DNA of 64,000 nucleotides from a virus (Duplodnaviria; Caudoviricetes): IMG/VR virus record IMGVR_UViG_3300049456_000054, positions 2,053 to 66,052 of that record; one strand, 5' to 3'. Shown piece by piece: positions 29,170 to 37,631 of this stretch (position 1 is its first letter; each line of letters starts with the position of its first letter). The notes under the pieces were generated by a model. It saw only the letters and a program-made list of their open reading frames with translations, ran no database searches and was not told where the DNA came from. The position numbers and the translations under genes were made by a program.

Positions 29170-29634
29170 CTAGAAAAGCCTGCTCTCACGCAGGATCTCG
29201 GCAACATCCTCGCGGTCCAGATAGCGGACTGCCCTCGCCAGCCACTCGGGGTCATCAAGGATCGGCAGTGCCAGATTGCACCGGCGGCACAGGATGCCGC
29301 GCACGCAGGCCGCGCAAGATCTTTTACCCTTGCCCGGGTGATTACACGCATGGTCATGATCAAGATCCCGGCTACCCTGCCTGAAGGGTCTTTCGCAGAT
29401 CGCGCAAACATTCTGCTGCCCGGCAAGGATGGCGTCATACTCATGCCGCCGCAGTCTGTAATTCTTCCACAGGAACCACGAGTACTCCCGGCCGTGACCA
29501 TCAGCGCCGATGCCCCGCCTCATGCCGCGCCTATACTCGTTCTCAGCTTCGCGGCATTCATCGCAGGCTTTATCGCCCCGGTCATTATGGCGACGCTTTC
29601 CGGTTGGCTTACCGGGAACAGTCAATTCACACAT
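29170..29634 (-). CDS. endonuclease VII-family protein
   Basis: QQNVCAIC...DHDH...VRGILCRRCN; own TAGAAT -10 6 nt upstream. Confidence 0.85.
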   Translation of the reverse strand: MCELTVPGKPTGKRRHNDRGDKACDECREAENEYRRGMRRGIGADGHGREYSWFLWKNYRLRRHEYDAILAGQQNVCAICERPFRQGSRDLDHDHACNHPGKGKRSCAACVRGILCRRCNLALPILDDPEWLARAVRYLDREDVAEILRESRLF

Positions 29635-29682
29635 GCGTTAATTCTAATTACCGGACGGCGCATTTCCTAATTAGCCGCCCGA

Positions 29683-30021
29683 CTAATTTTCATAGGTTCT
29701 GGGCGGGGTGTAGTAGTGGCCTGACGGGTCGGTCACGCCCGGCGCGGCGGGCGTGTCCAGCGGCGACGGCGGCAGCGTCATCACGTCGCCGATCACCGAC
29801 CCCTGCCCGTAGGTGTCCGACTGGTGCTCGCGGTAGCGGGCCTCCGCCGCCGCCTGCGCCCCGGCCACGTCGCCGGCCACGTTATCCCGGCCGCCCGCGT
29901 CCGCGTCGCCCGGGAACCGGATCGCCTGCGGCGAGCCGGCCGCGTCCGGCGCCTGGATGCTGAACGACGACGCGGGCAGCTGCGGCGGCGCCGCGGGCGG
30001 GGTGTCCGGCGGGGTGATCAC
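29683..30021 (-). CDS. hypothetical protein (MITP start)
   Basis: GTGA coupled. Confidence 0.55.
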   Translation of the reverse strand: MITPPDTPPAAPPQLPASSFSIQAPDAAGSPQAIRFPGDADAGGRDNVAGDVAGAQAAAEARYREHQSDTYGQGSVIGDVMTLPPSPLDTPAAPGVTDPSGHYYTPPRTYEN

Positions 30022-30320
30022 GCCGGCCCCTTCCCGGTCCTGGCCGCTGCCGGCTTCGGCGGGTCAGCCTTCGGGCTGTCCTTCACCGCTGCCGCCTTCT
30101 CAGCCGCCGGACCGTCCTTCGCGGGCCCGCTTTTGTCAGGCGCCTTCTCGTCCTCGCTCGTGTCCAGCGCCGCGAACAGCAGCTCCCCGTGGGCCAGGTC
30201 GTGCTGCACCACCGGGTCGGACTCGGCCAGTATCGCGCCCTTCTGCACCCCCCGCGGGATCCCGTCGAGCTCGATCACGAACGTGTCCAGCGCACGCCGG
30301 TATGACGTCACCGCCTGCAC
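30018..30320 (-). CDS. hypothetical virion-region protein
   Basis: GTG after AAGGG; Lys/Ala/Pro tail. Confidence 0.5.
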   Translation of the reverse strand: MQAVTSYRRALDTFVIELDGIPRGVQKGAILAESDPVVQHDLAHGELLFAALDTSEDEKAPDKSGPAKDGPAAEKAAAVKDSPKADPPKPAAARTGKGPA

Positions 30321-30328
30321 CTGCCCTT

Positions 30329-30724
30329 CTACGGCCCGGCCGGGTCGACGGCCAGGTGATCGGTCACGGTCTCCAGCGCGCGCGGCTCCGGATCGTCCGG
30401 CGCCCACTCGCCGAACAGCGCCTGCATCGCCTGCACCCAGTCCGGCGCCGCGATCAGCACGTAACCGTCCTTGCGGCCCACGGTCGGCCGGGTGTCGATG
30501 ACCGTGGTCAGCGCCAGCGACGGGGAGAAGCTTCGCTGCAGGTCCGCCATGTCGCGGAAGTCGTACCGCCGCGCCTCGAAGTCCAGCTGCGCGGAGGTCA
30601 GCCGGTCACTGGCCAGCAGCAGGACACCCGGCCCGTCCCATTCCAGGCCGATCATCACCCACTTCGGGCGGGCGCTGTTGAGTATCCGCGCCCGGCTCGC
30701 GGTGATCCGCTGCGGTCCGCTCAA
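30329..30724 (-). CDS. hypothetical protein
   Basis: GGAGG before TTG. Confidence 0.5.
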   Translation of the reverse strand: MSGPQRITASRARILNSARPKWVMIGLEWDGPGVLLLASDRLTSAQLDFEARRYDFRDMADLQRSFSPSLALTTVIDTRPTVGRKDGYVLIAAPDWVQAMQALFGEWAPDDPEPRALETVTDHLAVDPAGP

Positions 30725-30768
30725 GATGGCCTCCGGAGTTGCGTGAAGCCAAGGCTACCGACCGGACG

Positions 30769-31308
30769 TCAGGGGCCGGCCGGGTAAGCGGCCAGGTAGC
30801 CGGCCATCACGCCCGTCACGTTGCCCACGCCGGCCACCGGGGCCGTCGTGGTGAAGTTCGCCGCAGACAGGGCGATCAGCGCCGAGTCCGTCACCGAATC
30901 CCGCCGCGCCCCCGCATCCACGAAGTACGACGACACCTGAGCCGAATTCACCGCCGGCGGTGTCCCGGCGCCCAGCGACGTGCCCGTGTCGGTGTAGGCC
31001 ACCACCGCGCCCAGGACCGCGACCAGCAGGTTCTCAGAGTTGGTCACCGTGCCCCGGTATACCCGGACGCCCGTCGTGCCCGCGGGGAGCGCCGCCCAGG
31101 TCAGCGACGCGGTGCCGTTCAGGGCCACCGAGCACGTCGCCTCGTTCGAGGCGGTCGTCTCCCCGTTGCTGTTCAGCCCGGTGATCTTCCAGAAGTACGG
31201 CGCGGCCGCGAACGTGCCGCCGCCCACGTTCGGGGACGCGGCCAGCGTGCCCGGGGCCGCGAGGGAGATGGCCGCCGTGAAGGCGCTGGTCGCGTAGTTG
31301 GCCACCAT
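30769..31308 (-). CDS. putative structural/decoration protein
   Basis: GETTASNE...VRVYRG...YTDTG beta-sandwich-like pattern. Confidence 0.6.
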   Translation of the reverse strand: MVANYATSAFTAAISLAAPGTLAASPNVGGGTFAAAPYFWKITGLNSNGETTASNEATCSVALNGTASLTWAALPAGTTGVRVYRGTVTNSENLLVAVLGAVVAYTDTGTSLGAGTPPAVNSAQVSSYFVDAGARRDSVTDSALIALSAANFTTTAPVAGVGNVTGVMAGYLAAYPAGP

Positions 31309-31349
31309 CGGTCAGTCCTCCTGCTCTGCAACCGTGGTATAGTGGTTGC

Positions 31350-31631
31350 ATGGATACACAATCAATGACCGTCCGGCTCCCGCGCGACCTCTACGAGAAA
31401 CTCCGCCACGAAAAGTTCGAGACCAGGGTGTCCATGAACGAGCTCATCACCATCGGCCTGCGCCTCGTCCTGAAGGACGACATCAGCGCCGAGCAGTACA
31501 GCCAGATGTGCGCCCTGTTCGAGGCGGCCTGGCACCACGCCGTCCCGGAATCCCTCGACGACCTGCCGCCCGTGACCAGCAAGGAAGCCCGCGCACTGGC
31601 GCTGCTAGCCGAGCAGGTGATGTTCCGGTGA
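31350..31631 (+). CDS. ribbon-helix-helix protein
   Basis: SMTVRLPRDLYEKLR...VSMNELI; TATAGT 6 nt upstream inside TGCAACC/GGTTGCA inverted repeat. Confidence 0.7.
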   Translation: MDTQSMTVRLPRDLYEKLRHEKFETRVSMNELITIGLRLVLKDDISAEQYSQMCALFEAAWHHAVPESLDDLPPVTSKEARALALLAEQVMFR

Positions 31632-31879
31632 GCACACCGGACAGCTTCGAGACGCTCGCCGTCTACAACGCCGAACGCGCACGCGGCATCGTCCACACGC
31701 TCGAATGGGACGCCAGGATGGCCGCACTCCAGGTCAAGTTCGACGAGCGGGTCCGGGACACGCTCCCGGGATACCTGCAGCCCGACGGCACCTACATACT
31801 CCCCGGCTGGATGCCCGAAGCCCTCTGGGACTCCATCCACCGCATCCTCAAGCCAGCACACCGGAAGGACACGCAATGA
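31628..31879 (+). CDS. hypothetical protein
   Basis: GTGA and ATGA overlaps on both sides. Confidence 0.55.
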   Translation: MSTPDSFETLAVYNAERARGIVHTLEWDARMAALQVKFDERVRDTLPGYLQPDGTYILPGWMPEALWDSIHRILKPAHRKDTQ

Positions 31880-32385
31880 GCGCGGGCCAGAACCGGCTTG
31901 CCCAGAAGCGCCGCAAGCTGAAGAAGCACGGCTACGACGGGGTGACCGATGAGCAGATATTCCAGCGTGACGACTGGCAGTGCCAGATGGCGGAATGCCT
32001 GTGCCCGGACGGCCGGGGCCTAGACCAGTGCCTGCGGGGAGCGATCGGCGGCCCGTGGGTACCTGCTATTCACCACGTCGTCCGGCTGGCTGACGGCGGC
32101 CTGTCCAACGCCGGCAACAAGCTGGCCGCGCACAACCAGTGCAGCTCAATGGCCAACCGCGAGATTCAGCGGGCGCAGGCGCAGGCGCCGACTGACCCGG
32201 TGCCGGGTGTGGTGATGGTGAGGCTGATCGGCCTGCCGGCTGACATCGACGCGGCGCTGGCAGTGCTGGCGTCTACCGGAAACTGGGAGACGGGGACCCG
32301 CACGGCTGCTCCTAAGGAGCGGATACCAGGGCAGGAGAAAGTCCTCGGGCTGCTGACAGTCCGGGATTGGCCACCATCTGGCTAG
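31876..32385 (+). CDS. HNH endonuclease-like protein
   Basis: IFQRDDWQCQ...HHVVRLADGG...N...AHNQC. Confidence 0.7.
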   Translation: MSAGQNRLAQKRRKLKKHGYDGVTDEQIFQRDDWQCQMAECLCPDGRGLDQCLRGAIGGPWVPAIHHVVRLADGGLSNAGNKLAAHNQCSSMANREIQRAQAQAPTDPVPGVVMVRLIGLPADIDAALAVLASTGNWETGTRTAAPKERIPGQEKVLGLLTVRDWPPSG

Positions 32386-33023
32386 CCTGCCTTTCTGGCC
32401 GCCAGCAAGGCGGTCATGGCGTCCGCGTGATACTCCGCGATGTACTCCATCAGGTCGGTGACCCGCTGGCCGGAGGGCTGCGTCACGAACCACAGCTCCA
32501 GGTTGCCGATCGCGTTGTCGTCCCTGACGCCGTTCTTGTGGTGGACGTTCTCGCCGGGGACGAGGCGCCGGCGGAGGTCCTGTTCCTTCACGTACCGGTG
32601 TTCCAGGTAGCGTTCGCCGTTGACCGTGATGACCCGGTAGCCGCGCCCGTCGTCGCTGCCTTCGCCGCTGGCGGCCTTCATCAGGCCGACGGGTCCGCCG
32701 TCCTCGTATCCCAGCTTGAAGACGCGCTGGTAATGCAGGCGGCACCAGCCGAGCGCATATGCCGGCTCGGGGCAGCCGTCCTTGTGCTTGCACGTCCCGC
32801 CGCGCTTCATGCGCCGCGGGATCGGGGCGTCCCAGTCGGGCAGGCCCTGACGTTTCCTGTTGTAGTGCGTCGTGCACAGCTTGGCGGCGTCGATGCGCCG
32901 GCCGCAGTGCCCTAGCGAGCACTCGCCTAGCGTGGCCCGCCATTCGGCGTACTGGTGTTTCTTGCAGATCGTGTTGCCCCTGCGCGGTGGCAGATGGCAA
33001 TCGTCGTGCGAGCATTCTTCCAT
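32382..33023 (-). CDS. free-standing HNH endonuclease
   Basis: GYR...EHRYV...ENVHHKNGVRDDNAIGNLELW; three N-terminal C-C-C-H repeats. Confidence 0.9.
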   Translation of the reverse strand: MEECSHDDCHLPPRRGNTICKKHQYAEWRATLGECSLGHCGRRIDAAKLCTTHYNRKRQGLPDWDAPIPRRMKRGGTCKHKDGCPEPAYALGWCRLHYQRVFKLGYEDGGPVGLMKAASGEGSDDGRGYRVITVNGERYLEHRYVKEQDLRRRLVPGENVHHKNGVRDDNAIGNLELWFVTQPSGQRVTDLMEYIAEYHADAMTALLAARKAG

Positions 33024-33029
33024 GCTGGC

Positions 33030-33072
33030 TCCCCTAGTTGAGAACCACTGTACGCGGTTCTCAACTAGGGGA
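33030..33072 (-). promoter_or_regulatory. 17-bp hairpin occluding the HNH RBS, -10-like hexamer in the loop
   Basis: TCCCCTAGTTGAGAACC / GGTTCTCAACTAGGGGA; loop contains TACAGT on the minus strand. Confidence 0.7.
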
Positions 33073-33082
33073 AACCATCAGG

Positions 33083-35384
33083 TCAGGCGCCCTTCATGAC
33101 CCTGAAAGCGTTGACGGTCGAGAGCTGTGCTCCCACGCGCCAGAACATGAACCACGGATTGTTACTCACTCGTCACGGCGAGTGAGGCCAGGTCGTTTCC
33201 GCCTGGCTCTGCGTCTTTTCCATCGGCGCAGACCGGACTATATCTTCAGCTCCAGCCCTGCTCAGCTGTACCGGCTTCGCAGGTCTGTCGGAGTTGCCAC
33301 ACGTGTAGTCTCTACGGACTCCCCGGCACGGGTTGCCTCGGTATTCCCCCGTCGATCCTGGAGGGGTTCACCGATACAGTGCGGTGTTCACTAGCACGTC
33401 ACCGTGCTAGGCGGCCAGTTCAAATTGACCGGCCTGCCCTGCGGGCAGGATGCCGCCGGTCCCCTTGACCAGCGGTTCGTAGATCATCGATACGCCGCGT
33501 TGCTGTTACCACCCGCCTCTGAGGGCGGGCAGGCAGGTCGTTTCCGCCTGCCTCTGCAGCTTTGCCATCGCTGCAGACCGGACTGTAACTTCACCTGCGG
33601 TCCATCGCCCCCGGTGCACTCGGGGCGCGGCCCATAACACAGGTGCCACACGCTCAGTCTCTACGGAACCCTGTAGTGCGAGGTTTCCACGGTATTCCCC
33701 GTCTTGCCTGGTGGGGTTCACCGTTACGGTGCGGTTTGCACTGGCGGATCGCTCCGTCAGGCGGCCAGTGCGAAGTCGTGCTTCGCCTCGACCCGGTCGA
33801 CGATGATGTACTGCCCGAAGTCCCCGAAGATCGCTTCGAGGGTGGTGGTCGCCACGCCGGAGGCCATTGTGGTGGACTCGTAAATGGGAGCGCCCAGCAA
33901 AGTTTCCGGCTGACCCTTCCCCAAATTCGTCCAGAATGAACTGCCGCCGGCGGTGTCGAGCTGCCGGAACCGGTTGATCTGCGAGACGTTCGCGACCCAG
34001 GCGCAGCCGGGAGCATTCCTGAACCTGGCCGGAAGCGCCGCCTGGACGGCATATACGTCGGCGATGGCCACGACCGTAGTGGTCGCGGTGGTGACGACGG
34101 TAGTGGCGCCGTTGACGACGCCCTGCGGCTGGCCGGCACCGGAGCCGGTGGCGAACGCCGCCTCTTCGAGGCGATCCTTGGCGTCGGCCAGGAGGCCCGG
34201 CAGCTGCTGGCCGAAATCGGTGTCTTCGAGAACTTCGTAGCTCGTCGTTGTTACCCGCACGTCAGGGCGTGCGGGGCCAGGTCGTTTCCGCCTGGCTCTG
34301 CGTCTTTTCCATCGGCGCAGACCGGACCATATCTTCACCTCCAGTCCCGCCCGGCTATACCGGCCTGGCAGGCCTGTCGGAGGTGCCTCGCGTGTGGTCT
34401 CTACGGAGTCCCCGGCACGGGTTCCCTCGGTATTCCCCGGTCGATCCTGGCGGGGTTCACCGATACAGCGTGGTTGTTCACTGGCCAGTCACCTGGTCAG
34501 GCGGCAACTTTTTCCTTACCGAACACCCAGGCAGCGGCCTTGCCGGGTGTGACGACGATGTTCGCGACGGTGGGCGTGTTGTCGGTGACGATGGTGCCTT
34601 CAGCGAGCCACGCCGCGTTGACGCCGGCGGAGTTGACGCCGTTCCACGTGTTGGACGTGGTGGTCTTGACGTTGGAGATCCGCCGCCACGGGTTGGCGCT
34701 GGAGGCGTTGGTGAGGATGATGGTCGGGTCGAGGATGAACGGAAGGAGATATCCACCGTTCGCCAGGGTGAGGGACAGGGCGGCGCGCTGGGCGTTGCCC
34801 TGCGGGTCCTGCAGGTACTCCTGGAACGCTTCCTGGTACTCCTCGGCGCCGGTCAGGAGGATGTGCCGGGCGATGTTGTTGTTGGTGAAGTAGCCGCCGT
34901 TCTCGACCTTGCGGGTCGTGACCTCGGCGTACTCGGGCATCAGGTTCCCGCGCTTGGCCTCGTGCTCGATCGCGTCCAGGGCGCGTTCGCGGAGTTCGGA
35001 GCGGCGCATCAGGATCTGGTTCTCGGACCGGATGACGTCCTGGCAGTCGTAGGGGTCCCGGTTGTTGCGGATCACCAGGTCGGGGCCGGAGGGGCCGGAG
35101 GTGCCGTACCGTCCGCCGCCGTAGCCGTTCCCGCTGGCGGCGGGGTCCTGCCCGGCGGGGGCTTCGAGGTTGGCGGGGTCGGCGGCGGCGCGGGTGATGT
35201 TGCGGATCTTCTCCATCCGCTCGATCAGCGGCTTGGATTTGGCGTCGAGGGCTTCCCACCGGTCGAGGAGGGTGTCGCGGAGGTCGCCGTCTTTCTCCTC
35301 GGTGGTTTCCCCGTCGTCCTCCATCCGCTGGAGCTCGTTCTTGATCCTCGCCATCTCGTCGAGGTATTCCTGCAATGCGGCCAT
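33083..35384 (-). CDS. major capsid protein (HK97 fold), 4 exons: 35384-34518, 34242-33791, 33497-33428, 33154-33083; 486 aa spliced
   Basis: GGYLLP, AAWLAEG, LLGAPI, IFGDF motifs; junctions restore WVFG|SYEV, DRV|GVS and GQAG|WFMFWRVG in one frame (867+452+70+72 nt). Confidence 0.92.
33155..33427 (-). ncRNA. group I intron 3 in capsid gene (273 nt, no ORF)
   Basis: P1 CGGU|CA with UGGCCG; P10 UGAACUG with exon UGGUUCA; R GTAGAGACTA, canonical S AAGATATAGTCC. Confidence 0.92.
33498..33790 (-). ncRNA. group I intron 2 in capsid gene (293 nt, no ORF)
   Basis: exon U before, terminal G; P1 GGU|CG with UGGCC; R GTAGAGACTG, S AAGTTACAGTCC. Confidence 0.88.
34243..34517 (-). ncRNA. group I intron 1 in capsid gene (275 nt, no ORF)
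   Basis: exon U before, terminal G; P1 CGGU|AA with UUGCCG; R GTAGAGACCA, S AAGATATGGTCC. Confidence 0.9.
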
Positions 35385-35407
35385 GTGCCGCACGTCCTTT
35401 CGGGCCG

Positions 35408-36511
35408 TTACCAGACCAGCCCGACGCGTTCCCGTGCCTCCTTGGAGCGCAGCGTGAACAGCGCGTGCTGGTGATACCGGGCCGAGTGCTCAGGTCCGTC
35501 ACCGTCGGTGCGGGTGAGCGGCTCACCGGCGGCGGCTCCCTCATCTGGGGGAAGTGCCTCTTCTTCGGGTTCGTCATCGCCGGCGGCCTGGAAGGTGCCG
35601 AGCGGTGACATGCGGACGCCGACTAGTTCCGCGCCCGTGTAGGCGGGGAACGGAGTGGCCCCGTACTCCTTCAGGCCGAGCTCCAGGCGCCGGACCCGCA
35701 TCAGCTGGCCGCCCTTGGGCCGGTACTTCTCGCCGCGGCGCAGCGCCGGGGTGGACCGGACGATCGCGCCGGTGAACGACTGGGCGCTGATCGCGCCTTC
35801 CCGCCACATCTCCAGCAGCTCATTGCCGAGCGGCGTGTCCAGGTAGTACGAGCGGGTCAGGACACCGCGGGACTCGGCGCTGATGTGCTTGCAGACAGCA
35901 GGGGGGAGGGAGAACCGCTCGGCGGGGGTTCCGTGCAGGGTCATGCCGTGGTTGTAGATGCACTTGACCAGGCCGTACCCGGCGCGGGACCGCTGCACGT
36001 CGGCGATCCGCTTGTTGAACGCGGCCCGGTCGATCTCTTCCTCGTAGTGGCCTTCGTGGTCGTAGATCTCGGCGGCCTCGTCGAACACGGCGCAGTACGC
36101 CTCGACGAGACGCCCGGATCCGTCGCCTTCGGCGCGGGTGACGACGTGGGCTTCCTCGAGCGGGTAGGAGCGGAACAGTTCCAGCCGCTGCGTCGCGGGT
36201 GCCGGCTTGTCCATCACGTCGGTGCCGTGCTTAGCCATGTCGGCCCTTCCTGCCTTGTGTTCCGTCTTCGCATGGGCCTGTTTCATGTAGCCCGGCATGA
36301 CCGCCGTGATGATGTTGGTGGTCAGCCCGTCGGCCGAGATGGCCGGGACGCCCGCCTTCAGCAGCAGGTCACGCAGGGTGGTCCACTTGTGGACGGCCCC
36401 GGACCACTTCGCGAATCCCTCGCCGCGGGTCCAGTACTTCCACAGCGCCGACCCGTGGCCGTACTTCAGGTCAGAAGCCCGGACCGCGCCCCGCTCATCC
36501 ACGGCGCTCAC
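35408..36511 (-). CDS. HK97-type prohead protease with extra N-terminal domain
   Basis: VEAYCAVFD, EEIDRAAF, YNHG, QSFTG, LKEYG..PFPAY; GGAGG before GTG 36511. Confidence 0.85.
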   Translation of the reverse strand: MSAVDERGAVRASDLKYGHGSALWKYWTRGEGFAKWSGAVHKWTTLRDLLLKAGVPAISADGLTTNIITAVMPGYMKQAHAKTEHKAGRADMAKHGTDVMDKPAPATQRLELFRSYPLEEAHVVTRAEGDGSGRLVEAYCAVFDEAAEIYDHEGHYEEEIDRAAFNKRIADVQRSRAGYGLVKCIYNHGMTLHGTPAERFSLPPAVCKHISAESRGVLTRSYYLDTPLGNELLEMWREGAISAQSFTGAIVRSTPALRRGEKYRPKGGQLMRVRRLELGLKEYGATPFPAYTGAELVGVRMSPLGTFQAAGDDEPEEEALPPDEGAAAGEPLTRTDGDGPEHSARYHQHALFTLRSKEARERVGLVW

Positions 36512-36529
36512 TATGCTGACCTCCAGGGG

Positions 36530-36629
36530 GGAGCTGTAGCTGCGACGGTCGCGCACCCCTGCTCCGCGAGGAGTCCGGTAAGCCGGTTAAAAGAAGGCGA
36601 TTGCGGGTTCGAGTCCCGCCGGCTCCTCC
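36530..36629 (+). ncRNA. tRNA-like RNA without a normal anticodon arm
   Basis: acceptor GGAGCTG/CGGCTCC, T arm GCGGG-TTCGAGT-CCCGC, TATGCT upstream. Confidence 0.5.
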
Positions 36630-36632
36630 CGC

Positions 36633-37631
36633 TCACAGTGCTGCTGCCTGCGCGTCGAGCTGCTTAGCCTGCGTGTTCAGGGTGCCGATCCGCTGCTGCA
36701 GGCCGCTGATCCGCTGCTTGAGGGTGGCGTGGTGGCCGCGGGCCTTGCGGTGCGCGGCGGCGGCCTTCCGGGCGGCGGCGACTTTCGCGGAGACCGGCTT
36801 GGCGGCGGCCGCGTGGTGGGCTTTCTTCGCCGCGGCGGCGGCCTTGACGGCGGCGGCGTGGGCGTGGGCTTCCTGCGCCTGGAGGACGTGCAGCTCGGTG
36901 CCGAGCTTGCGGGCCTGCGCCCGGTCGGCGGCGGCCCGCTCGTGCAGGTGGGCCTTCCTGGCCTTGATGACCGCCGTGGCCGGGTGCGCGGTTTTCGCGG
37001 CTGGCTTGGCGGCGGCGGCTTTGGGTGCGGTCTTGGCCGGGGCACCGCCGCCGCCGGAGCTGGCGAACTGGCCGCCGGTCGACGCCCCGGCGGGCGCGTG
37101 GGTCATGTTGAAGCGCTGCGCCTCCGCAGCCCACGACGCCGTCCAGGTAGCGGCCCAGGTGTCAGCCATGCCCGTCAGCCCCATCCCCCGCTGGGCCGCC
37201 TTCGCCAGCTTCAGGCCATCCAGCGGGTGCCAGTGCGGTGCGTAACCCTCTGTCCAATCCCCGTTGCGGGGATATTGCACGTTCGCGCCGGGGATGCCGT
37301 GGGGGCCTGTCTGGATCTTGATGATCGTGCCGATGCGACCGCCGGGAAGATGTACTTTCATCCCCGGCTTCACGTCAGCGGCAGTCAGCGGCTTTCCGGC
37401 AGGTGCATGCGGGGTGACTGTTATCCCCGGCTTGCCGGTCGGCTCCACGACGTGCGCGCCGGTCAGGAACTCGCCGCCGCTGGCGTCCCTGATCTTGACG
37501 TTTCCGCCGTCCTGCGAGACAACGTGACCCTCTTTGCCACCGTGGTATCCGCTGGTCACGCGGACGTGCATGCCCTCTTTGATCCACCCGTGGGAGTAGC
37601 CTTTCGGGCCGACACGGCTGAGGTCAGACAT
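36633..37631 (-). CDS. head-region protein, SH3/KOW-like N-terminal part and Lys/Ala-rich C-terminus
   Basis: VGPKGYSHGWI, GGQF motif; between portal and protease. Confidence 0.6.
   Translation of the reverse strand: MSDLSRVGPKGYSHGWIKEGMHVRVTSGYHGGKEGHVVSQDGGNVKIRDASGGEFLTGAHVVEPTGKPGITVTPHAPAGKPLTAADVKPGMKVHLPGGRIGTIIKIQTGPHGIPGANVQYPRNGDWTEGYAPHWHPLDGLKLAKAAQRGMGLTGMADTWAATWTASWAAEAQRFNMTHAPAGASTGGQFASSGGGGAPAKTAPKAAAAKPAAKTAHPATAVIKARKAHLHERAAADRAQARKLGTELHVLQAQEAHAHAAAVKAAAAAKKAHHAAAAKPVSAKVAAARKAAAAHRKARGHHATLKQRISGLQQRIGTLNTQAKQLDAQAAAL

Noticed and set aside
33155-34517. Three repeats as CRISPR, MITE or DGR template/variable repeats
   Set aside because: No short repeat-spacer periodicity, terminal inverted repeats, target duplication or reverse transcriptase; group I core motifs explain them
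33083-35393. Capsid gene as a frameshifted pseudogene
   Set aside because: Removing the three inserts at U|...G boundaries restores an exact frame with conserved capsid motifs
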